From a virus (taxonomy: Duplodnaviria; Caudoviricetes), in the IMG/VR virus record IMGVR_UViG_3300021560_000044, positions 1-33,583 of that record: a stretch of 33,583 bases of DNA; one strand, written 5' to 3'. The translations under genes and the position numbers were made by a program. Shown here piece after piece: positions 33,509 through 33,583 of this stretch. Below the pieces are notes generated by a model. That model was not told where the DNA came from. It saw only the letters and a list, made by a program, of their open reading frames with translations, and made no database searches. Numbering within the stretch: the first letter of the stretch is position 1; every line of letters begins with the position of its first letter.

Positions 33509-33583
33509 TCAGTGCCTCCTCGCTCTGCGGCCCTTGCGCTTGCCGCGCACGGTGGAAATTTTGCCGCGCTTCAAGTTTGAAAC
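33509..33583 (-). CDS. 3' end of another basic protein (...KRGKISTVRGKRKGRRARRH), truncated by the window
   Basis: Open frame to the window edge, stop 1 nt before the next ATG. Confidence 0.55.
   Translation of the reverse strand, partial: VSNLKRGKISTVRGKRKGRRARRH

Larger units (their letters stand above)
1..33583. mobile_element. Temperate tailed bacteriophage (podovirus-like), partial and circularly permuted genome
   Basis: TerL, portal, scaffold, capsid, ejection-type proteins, tail spikes, endolysin, integrase/xis and Cro-like HTH are present. No host genes and no tape-measure or sheath gene are seen. Confidence 0.95.

Noticed and set aside
1-33583. tRNA, rRNA, IS elements, DGR or host genes
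   Set aside because: None recognised by eye; no reverse transcriptase or transposase motifs

Overview
The window is most of a GC-rich temperate tailed-phage genome with podovirus-like organisation; the host is probably alphaproteobacterial, which is an inference. It is shown circularly permuted, and phage genes lie on both sides of the integrase/att-like region. A long minus-strand unit runs from a Cro/CI-like HTH gene (11280) through RusA, small Zn-finger genes, a non-coding strand-skew switch (~8600-9650), accessory genes, TerL, portal, scaffold and major capsid. It appears to resume at the right end with basic micro-peptides, internal/ejection proteins, tail fibres/spikes, a holin-like gene and an endolysin (33583 down to 18218). 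A plus-strand early unit (11372-18150) holds a RecE/ExoVIII-like nuclease, an AAA recombination ATPase, an excisionase, a tyrosine integrase and many small ORFs. Most unusual observations: (i) a perfect 13-unit GGY-NN array at 14061-14125, resembling VIPR-type guide RNAs, with no cognate protein visible; (ii) a Tat-signal-like small protein carrying a protein-level copy of the major capsid N-terminus, beside a second Tat-like protein and an Acb2/Tad1-like sponge candidate, forming a possible decoy/anti-defence cassette; (iii) no recognisable replication gene, but a sharp skew flip and a structured non-coding region where one is expected. All family assignments come from motif recognition by eye; no database search was run.
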